Positions 1 to 10,832 of a stretch of 64,000 nt of DNA are shown here, piece by piece; the first letter of the stretch is position 1; each line of letters opens with the position of its first letter. Source of the DNA: Myxococcota bacterium. GTDB lineage: Bacteria; Myxococcota_A; UBA9160; SZUA-336. Location of the stretch: positions 1,280,001 to 1,344,000 of the forward strand of contig CBDFGR010000002.1 of assembly GCA_965247115.1 (NCBI GenBank), written 5' to 3'. The notes under the pieces are model-generated. The model worked only from the letters and a program-made list of their open reading frames with translations. It was not told where the DNA came from and made no database searches. Made by a program: the position numbers and the translations under genes.

Positions 1-1059
1 GGTCGCGTGGGGGAAGTCGGTCTCGAACATCACGCTCTGGGGGCCGATCCAGTCGAGCAGGTGGGTGAGGCCGACGGTCTCGAACCAGAAGCACCCGTAG
101 AACTGTCGTCGGAAGTACTCCGACGGCAGCATCGAGAGTCGCTTCCGGTCTCTCGGCGCGCTCTCGCCGAGCTGGTAGTCGAGGGCTTCGAGGAAGAACG
201 GGATCCACCCGATCCCGCTCTCGACCGACACGAACTTCAGCTCCGGGAATCGCTCAGGGACGGCTGCGTAGATGAGGTTGCTGAGGACGCGGGCGTTACC
301 GAGGAAGAGGTTCGCCGACCCGATCGCCAGCTTCGACTCAGAGCTCATCGACGGCCACGGCGACCCCTGGCCGAAGAAGTCCAACACCGTCTTGGACGAC
401 CCGATGTGGAAGTTCACCGGCATCTTCAAGGCCTGGCAAACCTCCCAGAACGGATACCAGTCCTCGGTCCCGAGATCGGGCATACCAGCCTCCTCGGGAT
501 TCGAGCACGTGACCACGCCCTTCAGCCCGAGCTCGTGGCAGCGCTCGACCTCGGCCACCGATGCTTCGATATCCCACCAAGGCATGAGCGCCATGCCGAA
601 GACCCTCTGGCCCGACTCCTCCTGCATCTCGGCCATGGCGTCGTTGTAGATCTCGGCACAAGCGATACGCAGGGCCTTGTCCTCGACCCTAATGAAGCTC
701 TGGTTCCCGAAGCCAGCCACGTTCGGGTACATCACCTGAGCCCAGATGCCGAGCTCGTCCATCAGGGCGGTCCGAGCCCCCATCTCCCACGAAGCCGGGT
801 GCACCTCCTCGGTGTTCTTGCGAAGGAACTCGACGCCGAGCACCTTCCCGCCGTCTGGGGCGATCACGCTGACGGCGGACGTGTAGGCGATCTCTATGTC
901 GCCATCGACGATCCACCGCAGGCCCTTGGCCCCCTCCTTGATCTGGGGAACGCGATCCCGGTAGGCGGCTGGCGCCCTGGAAGTCCAGAGGTCAGGCGGC
1001 TCGGAAAGGTGCGTATCGGCGTCGATGATTCGGAGGTCGTCGAGCAGGTCTTCGGCCAT
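1..1059 (-). CDS. Amidohydrolase family protein (3' end runs off the window)
   Basis: Manual translation MAEDLLDDLRIIDADTHLSEPPDLW...QVMYPN...CMFETDFPH; DxH and TDFPH motifs; not in the ORF track because it has no stop in the window. Confidence 0.85.
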   Translation of the reverse strand, partial: MAEDLLDDLRIIDADTHLSEPPDLWTSRAPAAYRDRVPQIKEGAKGLRWIVDGDIEIAYTSAVSVIAPDGGKVLGVEFLRKNTEEVHPASWEMGARTALMDELGIWAQVMYPNVAGFGNQSFIRVEDKALRIACAEIYNDAMAEMQEESGQRVFGMALMPWWDIEASVAEVERCHELGLKGVVTCSNPEEAGMPDLGTEDWYPFWEVCQALKMPVNFHIGSSKTVLDFFGQGSPWPSMSSESKLAIGSANLFLGNARVLSNLIYAAVPERFPELKFVSVESGIGWIPFFLEALDYQLGESAPRDRKRLSMLPSEYFRRQFYGCFWFETVGLTHLLDWIGPQSVMFETDFPHAT

Positions 1060-1350
1060 GGCCTAGATTCTCCTCTCGGGTGGCTCCCAGCCCCTGCTTG
1101 GCCGCGGGGCGCTCGCGCCAACTGTCGTCGGCGAACGGGTTCGAACGATCTTACGGTCTGGGCTAAGTGCGGCGCAAGCAGCTTCCGCCCGGCGTGCGAG
1201 ATGCCGCTCGCGCAGGATGGCTGCCCGGGGGCGGGTCGTCGATCTGCTCGACGGAGATCTTTCCGATCGGGGAGCTGTTCACGAGCGGCCGCCCATAGCA
1301 CGTGGGCGCTCGGCCCGTCCCCTTCCGGGAATCGGGGTAGACTGCTCTGC

Positions 1351-2223
1351 ATGAAGTTTGGCTTCCTCAGCTCGAATCACGTCGGTGGACCCCGTCCGGA
1401 TGTCCTCGCTAAGGAGCTCGAAGACCGGGGCTTCGACTCGGTGTGGATGCCAGAGCACACCCACATCCCGGTCAGCCGCGATTCGGCGTACCCGTTCGGC
1501 GGCGAGCTTCCCGACGGCTACTGGCACATGATGGATCCGTTCGTCTCGCTGATGGCCGCGGCGGGCGCGACCTCGAGAATCAAGCTCTGCACCGGCATCT
1601 GTCTCGTTCTGCAGCACGACGTGCTCGACCTGGCCTGCACCGTGGCGACACTCGACGCCCTGTCGGGCGGGCGAGTCCTGCTCGGGATCGGCGTGGGGTG
1701 GAACGAGGAGGAGCTCGCGAATCATCGGCCCGACCTCCCGTTCAAGCAGCGGTACTCGGCCATGCGCGAGCGGGTCGAGGCCCTGCGAACGATCTGGACC
1801 AGCGAAGAGCCGGCGTATCAGGGCCGCTGGGACCGCTTCACGGCGTCGTGGGTCTATCCCAAGCCGAATCAACAGCCCGTGCCCATCGCTCTCGGCAACG
1901 CCGGCCCCGTCGGGATCGGTCACGCCGCTGAGTACGCCGACGCGTGGTGTCCGATCGACACGGTGCTCGTCCAGATCGGCGGTCCCGCCACGGCGATCGA
2001 GATGTTCCGCGACCTCGCGGCCAAGGCGGATCGGGATCCCGAGACGATCCCGATCAGCATCTTCTCGTGGGGGCCGCCGAATCCGAGCCGCTACGAGCAG
2101 TACCGGAGCCTGGGCGTGGAGCGCATCGTGCTGCTCCCGCCCTCGATGAACACGGCCGAGTCCGATCGCACACTCCCCTACCTCGACGAGGCCGCGCCGG
2201 TCATTGCGGAGTTAGGCGACTGA
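1351..2223 (+). CDS. LLM-class (probably F420-dependent) oxidoreductase
   Basis: GFDSVWMPEHTHIP, DPFVSL, SGGRVLLGIGVGW motifs; start MKFGF at 1351, the upstream part of ORF 7..2223 is shadow of the amidohydrolase. Confidence 0.88.
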   Translation: MKFGFLSSNHVGGPRPDVLAKELEDRGFDSVWMPEHTHIPVSRDSAYPFGGELPDGYWHMMDPFVSLMAAAGATSRIKLCTGICLVLQHDVLDLACTVATLDALSGGRVLLGIGVGWNEEELANHRPDLPFKQRYSAMRERVEALRTIWTSEEPAYQGRWDRFTASWVYPKPNQQPVPIALGNAGPVGIGHAAEYADAWCPIDTVLVQIGGPATAIEMFRDLAAKADRDPETIPISIFSWGPPNPSRYEQYRSLGVERIVLLPPSMNTAESDRTLPYLDEAAPVIAELGD

Positions 2224-2261
2224 GGAGCGCTCGCGTGCACAGTGAGGACCAACGGTAGAGG

Positions 2262-2400
2262 ATGCCCCCGCTCGCGGGGCTCCGCGTCGTGGAGATCTCA
2301 CTCTACGTCCAGGGGCCGATCGCCGGCCTGCCCCTCGCCAGCTTGGGTGCCGACATCGTCAAGATCGAGCAGGTCGGAAGAACCGACTCGATGCGAGCTA
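2262..2400 (+). pseudogene. CaiB/BaiF CoA-transferase family III, N-terminal fragment
   Basis: PLAGLRVVE...GP...LASLGADIVKIE then runs into the stop of the opposite-strand gene. Confidence 0.75.
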
Positions 2401-2402
2401 GC

Positions 2403-3236
2403 CTACTCCTTGATCCCCAAAAACCGACTAATCAGCTGTTGCGTCAGAGCGGCGCCGGGCAAGGTGAGCCCCAGGTCATGGCCCAGCTCTAAGGCTAGCT
2501 GCAGGTCCTTATGCATCAGCTGCATGAGGCCTTGTGGGCCGTTGGTGTAGGTGTCTTTGTAGTCACGCTGGCGAACCCAGTTGTCGGCGACTTTGCTCTG
2601 GCCGGCGCTGGCTTTGACAACTTCTTGGAACATAGTGAGATCAAGCCCGGCGGTTTCGGCCAGTTTCATGCCCTCGGAGGCGGACAGCATATTGATGTAG
2701 GCAATAAGATTATGAGCTAGTTTGGCTATTGAGCCCATGCCCAGATCGCCTAGATGGAAGATGTTTGCTCCCGATGTCTCAAACACGGGCCGACATTTTT
2801 CAAACGCGGCCTGGTCGCCACCGACCATGTAACACAGCGTCTGGGCTTCTGCGCCACGTTCGCCACCACTGACTTCAGCATCGATAACGCTCACCCCGCG
2901 TGCCTCGGCCAGCTCGGCGATTTTGCGGATCGTTCTAGGATGCACGGTGCTATGAATCGCAATGACGCTGCCGGGCTTGGCACCGCTTAGGACTCCACCT
3001 TCTTCGAGCGTGACTGCCTCGACCTGGGCGTCGTCTACCACAACGAGTTCGATGATCTCGCCGTGGGCACCAATTTCGTTCGCAGAATGCGCAGTCTTCG
3101 CCCCAGCAGCAGCCAGCTCGACCAGCGGTTCCTCTCGTAGATCATAAGCCATAAGGTCAAAACCAGCCTTGGCCACATTGAGGGCCATGGGTTTGCCAAT
3201 ATTTCCAAGACCGATAAAACCGACGCGTGTTGTCAT
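2403..3236 (-). CDS. NAD(P)-dependent oxidoreductase, 3-hydroxyisobutyrate dehydrogenase family
   Basis: [14 protein letters not shown]ossmann motif, DAEVSGG, KLAHN; RBS GGAGAG; lower GC than flanks. Confidence 0.88.
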   Translation of the reverse strand: MTTRVGFIGLGNIGKPMALNVAKAGFDLMAYDLREEPLVELAAAGAKTAHSANEIGAHGEIIELVVVDDAQVEAVTLEEGGVLSGAKPGSVIAIHSTVHPRTIRKIAELAEARGVSVIDAEVSGGERGAEAQTLCYMVGGDQAAFEKCRPVFETSGANIFHLGDLGMGSIAKLAHNLIAYINMLSASEGMKLAETAGLDLTMFQEVVKASAGQSKVADNWVRQRDYKDTYTNGPQGLMQLMHKDLQLALELGHDLGLTLPGAALTQQLISRFLGIKE

Positions 3237-3251
3237 TGTGTGTCTCTCCAC

Positions 3252-3400
3252 ATCGTGTACGTGATCATGGCTTCCGCCAACCGCGATCCGCGCTTTATAG
3301 CCCCAGACACCTTGGACATATTGCGCGAAGACAACAAGCACCTTGCCTTCGGTGGCGGAATCCACTTCTGCCCGGGCGCCCCGCTCGCCAGGCTCGTGGC
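3252..3400 (+). pseudogene. Cytochrome P450 C-terminal fragment
   Basis: SANRDP...[19 protein letters not shown] heme-cysteine signature, truncated on both sides. Confidence 0.8.
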
Positions 3401-3406
3401 GGCGCC

Positions 3407-4558
3407 TCAGTCGAGCTTGTAGATCCGGCGCACGTTGCTGCCCAGCACGTTGCGGCGCGTCTCGGGGGTGAGCGGCTTCACGAAGTTCTCGAGCGAACGC
3501 ACCCAGGAGTGCGGGTGGTCAAAGTGAGGGTAGTCTGTTGCCCACATGAAGTTGCCGGCGCCCACGTGGTCGATGATGTGGGGGGCGGCCGTCTCGTCGG
3601 GGTCGCCCGAGATGAAGCACTGCCGGCGAAAGTACTCCGCGGCTGTCGGGCCCGGCTTGACCTTCCGCAGGTTCATCGCGTCGCTCATCCCGTCTATCCG
3701 GTCGAGCACAGAGCCGATCCAGCCGGAGCTCGACTCCAAGATGCCCAGGCGCAGGGTCGGGAAGCGGTCCAGCGTGCCGTAGGCCAGGAAGGAGAAGAAG
3801 GACTGCTGCACCCACGCGCGGACGAAGAGCCCGGCCGCAATGAAAGCGTCATTCTCGCGGGTCCACTCGAAGAGGTCGCCGTTGATGGATCCCGGAACGA
3901 AGGTAGGGTGCAGCGCAATCGGCACGTCCAGCTCCACCGCCTTGGCGTAGATCGGGTCGTGGTCGGGGTGCCCGTGGGGGACTTTGCTGTGGCTGAACGG
4001 AGCCAGATACGCGCCCTTGCAGCCGTCGCGCACCGCGCGCTCCAGCTCGATCGCTGCGGCCTCCGGGTCAAGCAACGTCAGGTGGGCGATTGGGACCAGG
4101 CGACCGCCAGAGTCGCGGCAGAGGTCCGCGATCCAGCGGTTGTACGCGCGTTGGTAGGCCACGGTGATCTCCGGGTCGGTGACCGCCCACTCCCAGAGCA
4201 GCCCAATGCTCGGGTAGAGCAGCGCCTTCTCCAGGTTCTCTCGGTCGAGTAGCTCCAGCCGCTCCTTCGGGTCGGCAGCGCCGTACGGGATGTGGTCCAT
4301 GTAGCGGCGCTCGGGGCTCGGGCGCGGGTCCTCTTCCCCCATGGCGCCGATGACCCCGAGCGAGCCCCTGTTGGTCCGCTCCGACTTCCGCCCATCGATC
4401 TCGAGGTACTCCAGGCCCTCGTCGTCGACCTGGATGCGCATCGCGCGCGACTTGTATCTCTGCTCCAGGTAGTCCTCCCAGAGGGTCGCGGGCTCCAGGA
4501 CGTGGCCGTCGGCGTCGATCGTGCCGTCGTAAGGAAAGCGCAGGATCTCGTAGGCCAT
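3407..4558 (-). CDS. Amidohydrolase family protein
   Basis: [35 protein letters not shown] and upstream TATACT. Confidence 0.88.
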   Translation of the reverse strand: MAYEILRFPYDGTIDADGHVLEPATLWEDYLEQRYKSRAMRIQVDDEGLEYLEIDGRKSERTNRGSLGVIGAMGEEDPRPSPERRYMDHIPYGAADPKERLELLDRENLEKALLYPSIGLLWEWAVTDPEITVAYQRAYNRWIADLCRDSGGRLVPIAHLTLLDPEAAAIELERAVRDGCKGAYLAPFSHSKVPHGHPDHDPIYAKAVELDVPIALHPTFVPGSINGDLFEWTRENDAFIAAGLFVRAWVQQSFFSFLAYGTLDRFPTLRLGILESSSGWIGSVLDRIDGMSDAMNLRKVKPGPTAAEYFRRQCFISGDPDETAAPHIIDHVGAGNFMWATDYPHFDHPHSWVRSLENFVKPLTPETRRNVLGSNVRRIYKLD

Positions 4559-4760
4559 CGCAGGGCTCCTATCGGATAGGGCGCCCAGTATACACGCTCC
4601 CGCCGACGCCAAGGAGCCGCCCGTACTCTCCGTGACCGTCACGTGAGCGTGTAGCCGCCGCTCTTGCGCCCTCGCATTGGCACTCCGGGATCGGACGAAA
4701 GGCAATTGTCAAGAGCACGAAAGCCCTTTTAGACTGTCCGATGGCTCAAAGGAGTGCGAC

Positions 4761-5630
4761 ATGGCGGAGCGGACCCTCAAGGCGAACGGGATCGAGATCT
4801 GGACGGAGGACTTTGGAGACCCCTCCAATCCCCCAATCCTCTTGATCATGGCAGCGACCGCCCAGGGCCTGCATTGGCCGGAGGCGTTCTGCGAGCAACT
4901 GGTCGCGGGGGGGCGGTACGTCATTCGCTACGACAACCGCGATACCGGCCAGACCACCTGTTTCGACTTTGCAACCGACCCCTACACGCTCGACGACATG
5001 GCCCGAGACGCGGTGGGCGTACTCGAAGGCTACGGGCTGGAGTCGGCCCACGTGGTCGGGGCGTCGATGGGCGGGATGATCGCCCAGATCTTGGCCCTCG
5101 ACTTCCCAGAGCGCGTGCGCACCCTGACCCTCGTCTTCTCGTCACCGGTCTCGAACGTGGCCGGACGCGACGTGATGCAGGAGCCGGGTGAGCTCCCCGG
5201 GCCCACACAGCCGGTTCTGGACATGCTGGCCGAACGCGCGGAGCGGCCGCCGCAGACGCGGGCCGAGCGCATCGAGGCCGGCGTGAAGCTGTGGCGCACC
5301 ATGAGCGGCAGCTTCGCCCCCTTCGACGAGAGCTGGTTTGGAGCGCTCGAGACCCGCTGCGTCGACCGCGCGTTGAACCACGACGCGGCGTTCAATCACG
5401 CTTTGATCAGCCCCCACACCCCCCCCCGCCCCGACGCATTGAAGGCGCTTCGCCTGCCCACCCTGGTGATCCACGGCACTGAGGACCCGATCCTCCCCCA
5501 CGCGCACGGGGTCGCCCTGGCGGATCAGATCGAGGGCACGAAACTCGTGTCGATCGAGGGCCTCGGTCACGAGCTACCGCCGGCGGCGTTTGAGCGCTTC
5601 TCCGACGCGATTCTGAGCCACACCTCGTGA
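4761..5630 (+). CDS. Alpha/beta hydrolase
   Basis: GASMGG nucleophile elbow, VIHGTEDP, GLGH; RBS AAGGAG. Confidence 0.9.
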   Translation: MAERTLKANGIEIWTEDFGDPSNPPILLIMAATAQGLHWPEAFCEQLVAGGRYVIRYDNRDTGQTTCFDFATDPYTLDDMARDAVGVLEGYGLESAHVVGASMGGMIAQILALDFPERVRTLTLVFSSPVSNVAGRDVMQEPGELPGPTQPVLDMLAERAERPPQTRAERIEAGVKLWRTMSGSFAPFDESWFGALETRCVDRALNHDAAFNHALISPHTPPRPDALKALRLPTLVIHGTEDPILPHAHGVALADQIEGTKLVSIEGLGHELPPAAFERFSDAILSHTS

Positions 5631-6104
5631 CCCGCGCAGGCGGGCACCGCGGAGCACACGGCACTGAGCTGCACGGATGCGGCCGTCAGGTGTGAACTAA
5701 CCGTCGTCGTAACGCCCGAGGTCAGACGAAAATATTGTCTCCGACGCCCATCATGCGGGAGACGCCCTCATTTTCCTGGGGTGCCGATGGCCCGTCCCGG
5801 TCCGTCGGGTAGGGGTGCCACGGACGGAGCGCGTCGTTGAGCTCGGGGTACTTCTGAACCGCCTTGGCGTTGTCGCCAACGGCTACCGTCTCAGACCACG
5901 TGTGAATGGGTTAGAGGTAGCTGCGCCCGTGGCATCAGAGCTTGGAGCTCCTCCAGGATCGCCTTCATGGGCCCGGACACGTCCGCGCGTGTACCGGTCA
6001 TCGAGCTTTCTCCATCTTGCTAGTTCGCGTGCGACTACCCGATCTTTAGGCCAGCTCTTGCATCCCTACTGCGATAGGACGACTCAGAGTGACCCCAGTT
6101 TCGC

Positions 6105-6151
6105 TTGACAACAGGGCTTCGCCGTGACGCAATCCTGTAGTCATTGCTACA
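6105..6151 (+). promoter_or_regulatory. -35 box TTGACA and palindromic operator upstream of the TonB-dependent receptor
   Basis: TTGACA at 6105-6110; TGTAG-tcattg-CTACA inverted repeat at 6136-6151. Confidence 0.5.
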
Positions 6152-6183
6152 TGAAATGGTGCTTGTGCACTCGGAGGGAGACC

Positions 6184-8520
6184 ATGAGTTTGTTGCGAAT
6201 TTCCTTCTCAGCAGTCCTCATCCTCGGCGGGCTGAGTGTCGTCCCGGCGCCAGCCGTCGGTCAGGAGGCGGAGTCCGAGGCCCAGGAGTCTCAGCGCTAC
6301 GGGATCGAGGAGATCGTCGTCACGGCCGAGCGTCGCGAGAAGAGCGTACAGGACACTCCCATTGCGATCTCAGCGTTCTCCGCGGCCGAGATCGGGCGCA
6401 GCGACCTGGACGCAATCGAGAACATCCAGTTTCAGGTGCCGGGACTCGTGTACGCCGAGGTCGAGAGTTACTCTCAGGTTACCCTGCGCGGCGTGGGTCT
6501 CGAGGTCCTAGCCACTGCGGGCGAGCCGGGCGTCGCGTTCAACATCGACGGCGTCTATCTCCCGCGAAGCACCACGTCCAATGTGATCCTGTCCGACCTG
6601 GAACGGATCGAGATCCTGAGAGGTCCACAGGGGACGCTGTACGGCCGCAATACGGCTGGGGGTGCGATCAACCTGTGGACCAAGGTGCCCTCGGGCGAGT
6701 ACGAAGGGGATATTTCGGTCCTCTTCGGGAACGAGAACCGTTTCCGGACCAGGGCCGCGATCTCCTTCCCCATCGGCGAGCAGCTGAGCGCCCGCGTGGG
6801 CTTCGCCTCGGACGAGCACGACGGCTACCGAAGGAATGAGTTCGCGGGGGGCGGGGCTCAGCATGGCGGCGCGTGCACGATTGCGAATTGTCGCGTCAAG
6901 CGCGAAATTGACGAGCGGGACCACGACTCCTTCCGCGGCGTCCTGCGTTGGGTTCCGACGGACGATGCGGAGGTGCTCTGGCGCTACGCGTATTCCCGCG
7001 ATCACAACGGGGGGCCCTCCTTCCAGTACGGTACCGAAATTATTCCGGCACTCGCTCCGAGTTTCTTCGGCGGCATTTCCGGCGACCGTGGCTCCAACTT
7101 TCAGAACGACTTTCCGAGCAAAATTGTGCGGCGGACTCAATCCTTTAGCCAAACGATCAGCTTGGACCTGAGCCTCCCATGGCTGGGCGACACGACCCTC
7201 AAATCGGTCACCGCGTACCAGAAGTTCTACTGGAGATATCACGCCGACAATGACGGCACCGACATCGCCTTCCTCAATGCACTGGACACCGAAGAGACCA
7301 AGACCTGGAGCCAGGAGTTAACGCTCAGTTCCGCGGGTGACGGCCCGCTCGAATGGGTGGGCGGACTCTTTTACTTCTCCGATCGGGCGGACTCTGGCCG
7401 CTTTGATCGCCCGTTCGAGAACCCGGAGACGTACGTGAACCCGATATTACCTGAGAATCTTGGTTTCAATCTCAACCAGAAGATCGAGGCGTGGGCGGCG
7501 TTCGCCCAGGGCAGCTATCACGTGACCGACCGCCTTCGTCTCACGGTCGGGGCTCGCTTCACGCGCGAAGAGAAGGATTTCAAGAATCACATCGATTTCA
7601 CTGTCACAGACGTACAGGGCGGGTTCTTCGGTATCCCCGGCGGCACTCTGTTAGTTTCCTGCCCCGGCGTCGAACACGATAATGACTGGTCCAAGTGGAC
7701 GCCCAAGTTTGGAATCGACTACAGCGCGACCGATGACATTCTACTCTTCGCCTCGATCAGCCGGGGCTTCAAGGCGGGCGGAGCGAACGGGTTCGCTTGC
7801 GGGGAGCAGTTCGATCAAGAGGATCTCTGGGCCTACGAGGTGGGAGTGAAGAGTCAGTGGTTCAACAATCGACTCCAGGTCAATCTGGCCGGTTTCTACT
7901 ACGACTACGAGGACTTCCAGGCGCTCATCTTCACCGAGGCCGCTTCGAGGCTCGAGAATGCCTCTGACGCAGACGTCTGGGGTGCAGAGCTGGAGTTCGT
8001 GGCGGTCCCCTTTGAGGGGTTTCAGCTCAAGGGAGGGGGGTCGCTTCAGAAGGCGGCATTTGACGACTTCCCTACGGTTGATCAAATGTGCCAACCCGGG
8101 GTCCCCGAAAACTTGAACGCGGGGTGCTCGAGAGCCAGGCAGCTGAAGGGAAACGATCTTCCGCGGGCCCCGCGAATGAGCTGGTTCGTCAATGCGGAAT
8201 ACGAGCGACCCATCGGAGATTGGGGCACCGGGGCTCTGCGGTACGAGTTCTCATGGACGGATAAGTACTACTTCACCCCGTTCAACAACTTTTACACGCA
8301 GCAGACTGCCTTCAGTCTCAGTAACGTACGTTTTATCTACGGGACCTCCGGCGGACGCTTGGAGGACAGGCTGGGTGACATGGAGCTCCATCTGTACATC
8401 AACAACTGGGGCAACAAGGACTACCTCGGTAGCGAAATCGAAGTCACCCTGACAGGCGGAACTTTGGCTCAGTGGCAGAACCCGAGAAACTACGGAGTCG
8501 AGCTCCGCTACAGATTTTGA
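6184..8520 (+). CDS. TonB-dependent receptor
   Basis: Signal peptide, IEEIVVTAERRE TonB box, ERIEILRGPQGTLYGRN plug motif, C-terminal YRF; RBS GGAGGGAG. Confidence 0.95.
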   Translation: MSLLRISFSAVLILGGLSVVPAPAVGQEAESEAQESQRYGIEEIVVTAERREKSVQDTPIAISAFSAAEIGRSDLDAIENIQFQVPGLVYAEVESYSQVTLRGVGLEVLATAGEPGVAFNIDGVYLPRSTTSNVILSDLERIEILRGPQGTLYGRNTAGGAINLWTKVPSGEYEGDISVLFGNENRFRTRAAISFPIGEQLSARVGFASDEHDGYRRNEFAGGGAQHGGACTIANCRVKREIDERDHDSFRGVLRWVPTDDAEVLWRYAYSRDHNGGPSFQYGTEIIPALAPSFFGGISGDRGSNFQNDFPSKIVRRTQSFSQTISLDLSLPWLGDTTLKSVTAYQKFYWRYHADNDGTDIAFLNALDTEETKTWSQELTLSSAGDGPLEWVGGLFYFSDRADSGRFDRPFENPETYVNPILPENLGFNLNQKIEAWAAFAQGSYHVTDRLRLTVGARFTREEKDFKNHIDFTVTDVQGGFFGIPGGTLLVSCPGVEHDNDWSKWTPKFGIDYSATDDILLFASISRGFKAGGANGFACGEQFDQEDLWAYEVGVKSQWFNNRLQVNLAGFYYDYEDFQALIFTEAASRLENASDADVWGAELEFVAVPFEGFQLKGGGSLQKAAFDDFPTVDQMCQPGVPENLNAGCSRARQLKGNDLPRAPRMSWFVNAEYERPIGDWGTGALRYEFSWTDKYYFTPFNNFYTQQTAFSLSNVRFIYGTSGGRLEDRLGDMELHLYINNWGNKDYLGSEIEVTLTGGTLAQWQNPRNYGVELRYRF

Positions 8521-8573
8521 ATGACGGGGGGAGAAGGCATTCGCTGGGGGGCAAAACCCAATACGAGCGCTGC

Positions 8574-8909
8574 CTAGGCAAGCGGCACAACTGCAGCCAG
8601 CACCTGCTCACTGCCAACCACACGAGTAGTGTGGCCTTTGCCGGTGAGATCTTCTGCCAGATTGGCATCTCCCGGCCCAAAGCGCCGTACCGTACCGTCT
8701 TCTAGGCCGATTTCCATCTGGCCAGAAAGAACAAACACATATTGCCGGCGCGGCGCATTATGCCAATCCATGAATGTATCTACAGGCAGCTCATGGAAAA
8801 AGATCTCCCCCGTGGCCTGCGGCGAGGTTAAGCCCGGATGTGAGGCCAGAGCCTGTTCCTCAATATGAGACTGCCCATCGGTGCCTGTATATAAGCGAAA
8901 AATACCCAT
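8574..8909 (-). CDS. Cupin domain protein
   Basis: WHNAPRRQYVFVLSG...EDLTGKGHTT; RBS AAGGAG. Confidence 0.8.
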   Translation of the reverse strand: MGIFRLYTGTDGQSHIEEQALASHPGLTSPQATGEIFFHELPVDTFMDWHNAPRRQYVFVLSGQMEIGLEDGTVRRFGPGDANLAEDLTGKGHTTRVVGSEQVLAAVVPLA

Positions 8910-9259
8910 GTTGTTTCTCCTTGACCTTAATGCCTGAGCCTGTGCTAAGCCGCAGAAATATACTTGATGCAGCGGCGCGACCGTTGCCAGGTTCTTCGCG
9001 CCGCTCTACGAACGCCGGGGTTCGGCGATGAAGTCGGCGAGATCGGCTCGGCTCGTCGCCTGGAACAGGTCGACGTTGCGGTAGGGATAGTTCACGGGGA
9101 CGCAACCGATCTTGGGGTCCTCCTCGTCGTCGATCCCCTCTTCGAGGTGGGTCTGCACGAAGAACAGCGCGCGCCCGAGCGTGGCCTGGAAGCGCCCGAG
9201 CCAGGAGCCGGTGACCCTCCTTGTCTTGCCTACTACGCAAGGCGTAGGATAGGCCCACC

Positions 9260-10453
9260 ATGGAAACAATGCGCCACGGGGTCTTTATACCTCCGCACCA
9301 CCCGGTCGACGAGGACCCGACGCAGTGCATCCAGCGCGACCTGCAGCTCATCGAGCACCTCGACGCCCTGGGCTACGAGGAGGCCTGGATCGGCGAGCAC
9401 CACTCGTCCGGCTTCGAGATCATTGCCTCGCCCGAGATTTTCATCGCCGCTGCGGCGGCTCGCACCGAGCGCATCAAGCTCGGCACGGGCGTGGTCTCGC
9501 TCCCGTACCACAACCCGCTCATGGTGGCGAACCGCATCATCCAGCTGGACCACCAGACCATGGGCCGCGTCATGTTTGGCGTGGGCCCGGGTCTTCTGCC
9601 GTCCGACGCCATCATGTTGGGGATCCATCCCAGCACGCAGCGCGAGCGCATGATGCAGTCGCTCGAGGTGATCCTGCGCCTGATGAAGGGTGAGACGGTC
9701 ACGGAGAAGACCGACTGGTTCGAGCTCCACAAAGCGCGCTGCCACCTACTCCCCTACACCAAACCGCATCCCGAGGTGGCCGTCGCCAGTGCGGTAACGC
9801 CGTCTGGCGGGCGCGCGGCAGGTCGCTACGGCTTGGGGATGCTGTGCGTCACCTCGACCCAGCGCGATGGCTACGACGCGCTCGGAATCAACTGGAGCAT
9901 TGCGAACGAGATCTCGCAGGAGGTGCGCGGCGTGCCGATGGACCCGAGCGTCCTGCGCCTCGTGGGTCCGGTCCACCTGGCCGAGACACGCGAGCAGGCG
10001 CGCAGCAACGTCCGCTTCGGCTTGGAGAAATGGATTGACTACTTCTTCAGGATCAACCCGGCCGCGCAGCTGGGCGGCGACATCACCGGCCGGTCCCAGT
10101 CCGAACAAGACCTGGACCCAGTCGAATCCATGATCGAGTCGGGATGGGGCGTCATCGGCACACCAGACGACGCGATCGCGCAGATCGAGCGGCTGCAAAA
10201 GAAGGTCGGCGAGTTCGGCGCGTTCGTCCAGCTGGCCCACAACTGGGCCGACTTCGAGAACACGAAGAAGTCGTACGAGCTGTGGCAGCGCTACGTCGCG
10301 CCCTTCTTCCGGGGCGCCAACCGCAACCGCGTCGACTCGTTGCAGTGGGCGTCCGATAACGCGACCGAGTTCATGGGCGCGGCGATGAAGGCCGCGACCG
10401 AGATGATCCAGAAACACGAGGCGGAGCGGGCGGAGAAGAAGGCCGCGTCGTAG
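9260..10453 (+). CDS. LLM-class flavin-dependent oxidoreductase (limonene monooxygenase-like)
   Basis: GYEEAWIGEHHS, IKLGTGVVSLPYHNP, QLDH...GRVMFGVGPG. Confidence 0.9.
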   Translation: METMRHGVFIPPHHPVDEDPTQCIQRDLQLIEHLDALGYEEAWIGEHHSSGFEIIASPEIFIAAAAARTERIKLGTGVVSLPYHNPLMVANRIIQLDHQTMGRVMFGVGPGLLPSDAIMLGIHPSTQRERMMQSLEVILRLMKGETVTEKTDWFELHKARCHLLPYTKPHPEVAVASAVTPSGGRAAGRYGLGMLCVTSTQRDGYDALGINWSIANEISQEVRGVPMDPSVLRLVGPVHLAETREQARSNVRFGLEKWIDYFFRINPAAQLGGDITGRSQSEQDLDPVESMIESGWGVIGTPDDAIAQIERLQKKVGEFGAFVQLAHNWADFENTKKSYELWQRYVAPFFRGANRNRVDSLQWASDNATEFMGAAMKAATEMIQKHEAERAEKKAAS

Positions 10454-10467
10454 CCATCCCGCGCCCG

Positions 10468-10650
10468 TTGCGACCCATCGGAGTCATCGTCAATCCGGTC
10501 TCGGGTCCGCGATGTCCGCCGGCTCGCGTCGCGGGCGCGCTCGTCCACGCCCTAGGACGAGCGCAACCAGGTCTCGGGCGTCGTCATCGACGCCGCGGCC
10601 GCCGGCAGCGAGCACATCCTACTGGTGCGGGAGCCGTTCCGCATCGCGTT
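10468..10650 (+). pseudogene. NAD kinase/AcoX-like N-terminal fragment, frameshifted
   Basis: IGVIVNPVSG then shifted RDVRRLASRA, the NPxSGRDxRRL motif. Confidence 0.55.
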
Positions 10651-10832
10651 TCCGTTTACAGTGCGGATCCGGAAGTACACGCATACCCAGTCGCCGGGAA
10701 TCGGCTACGACGTCGAGATCTCGGATCTGCACGATATCTTCAGCTGGGCATTCGGCGATCTGCGCGTGCCGAGCCTCTACCCGGTACCGGCGCACAGTTA
10801 ACCAACAACTAGAACAACACCAGGAGACGTGA

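Noticed and set aside
7..1350. N-terminal extension of the 738-aa ORF, and other long antisense ORFs such as 36959..39670 and 38604..40877
   Set aside because: Shadow frames of real genes on the opposite strand in high-GC DNA
5640..6100. Riboswitch upstream of the TonB-dependent receptor
   Set aside because: No cobalamin or TPP consensus recognised; a covariance-model search would be needed to exclude it fully
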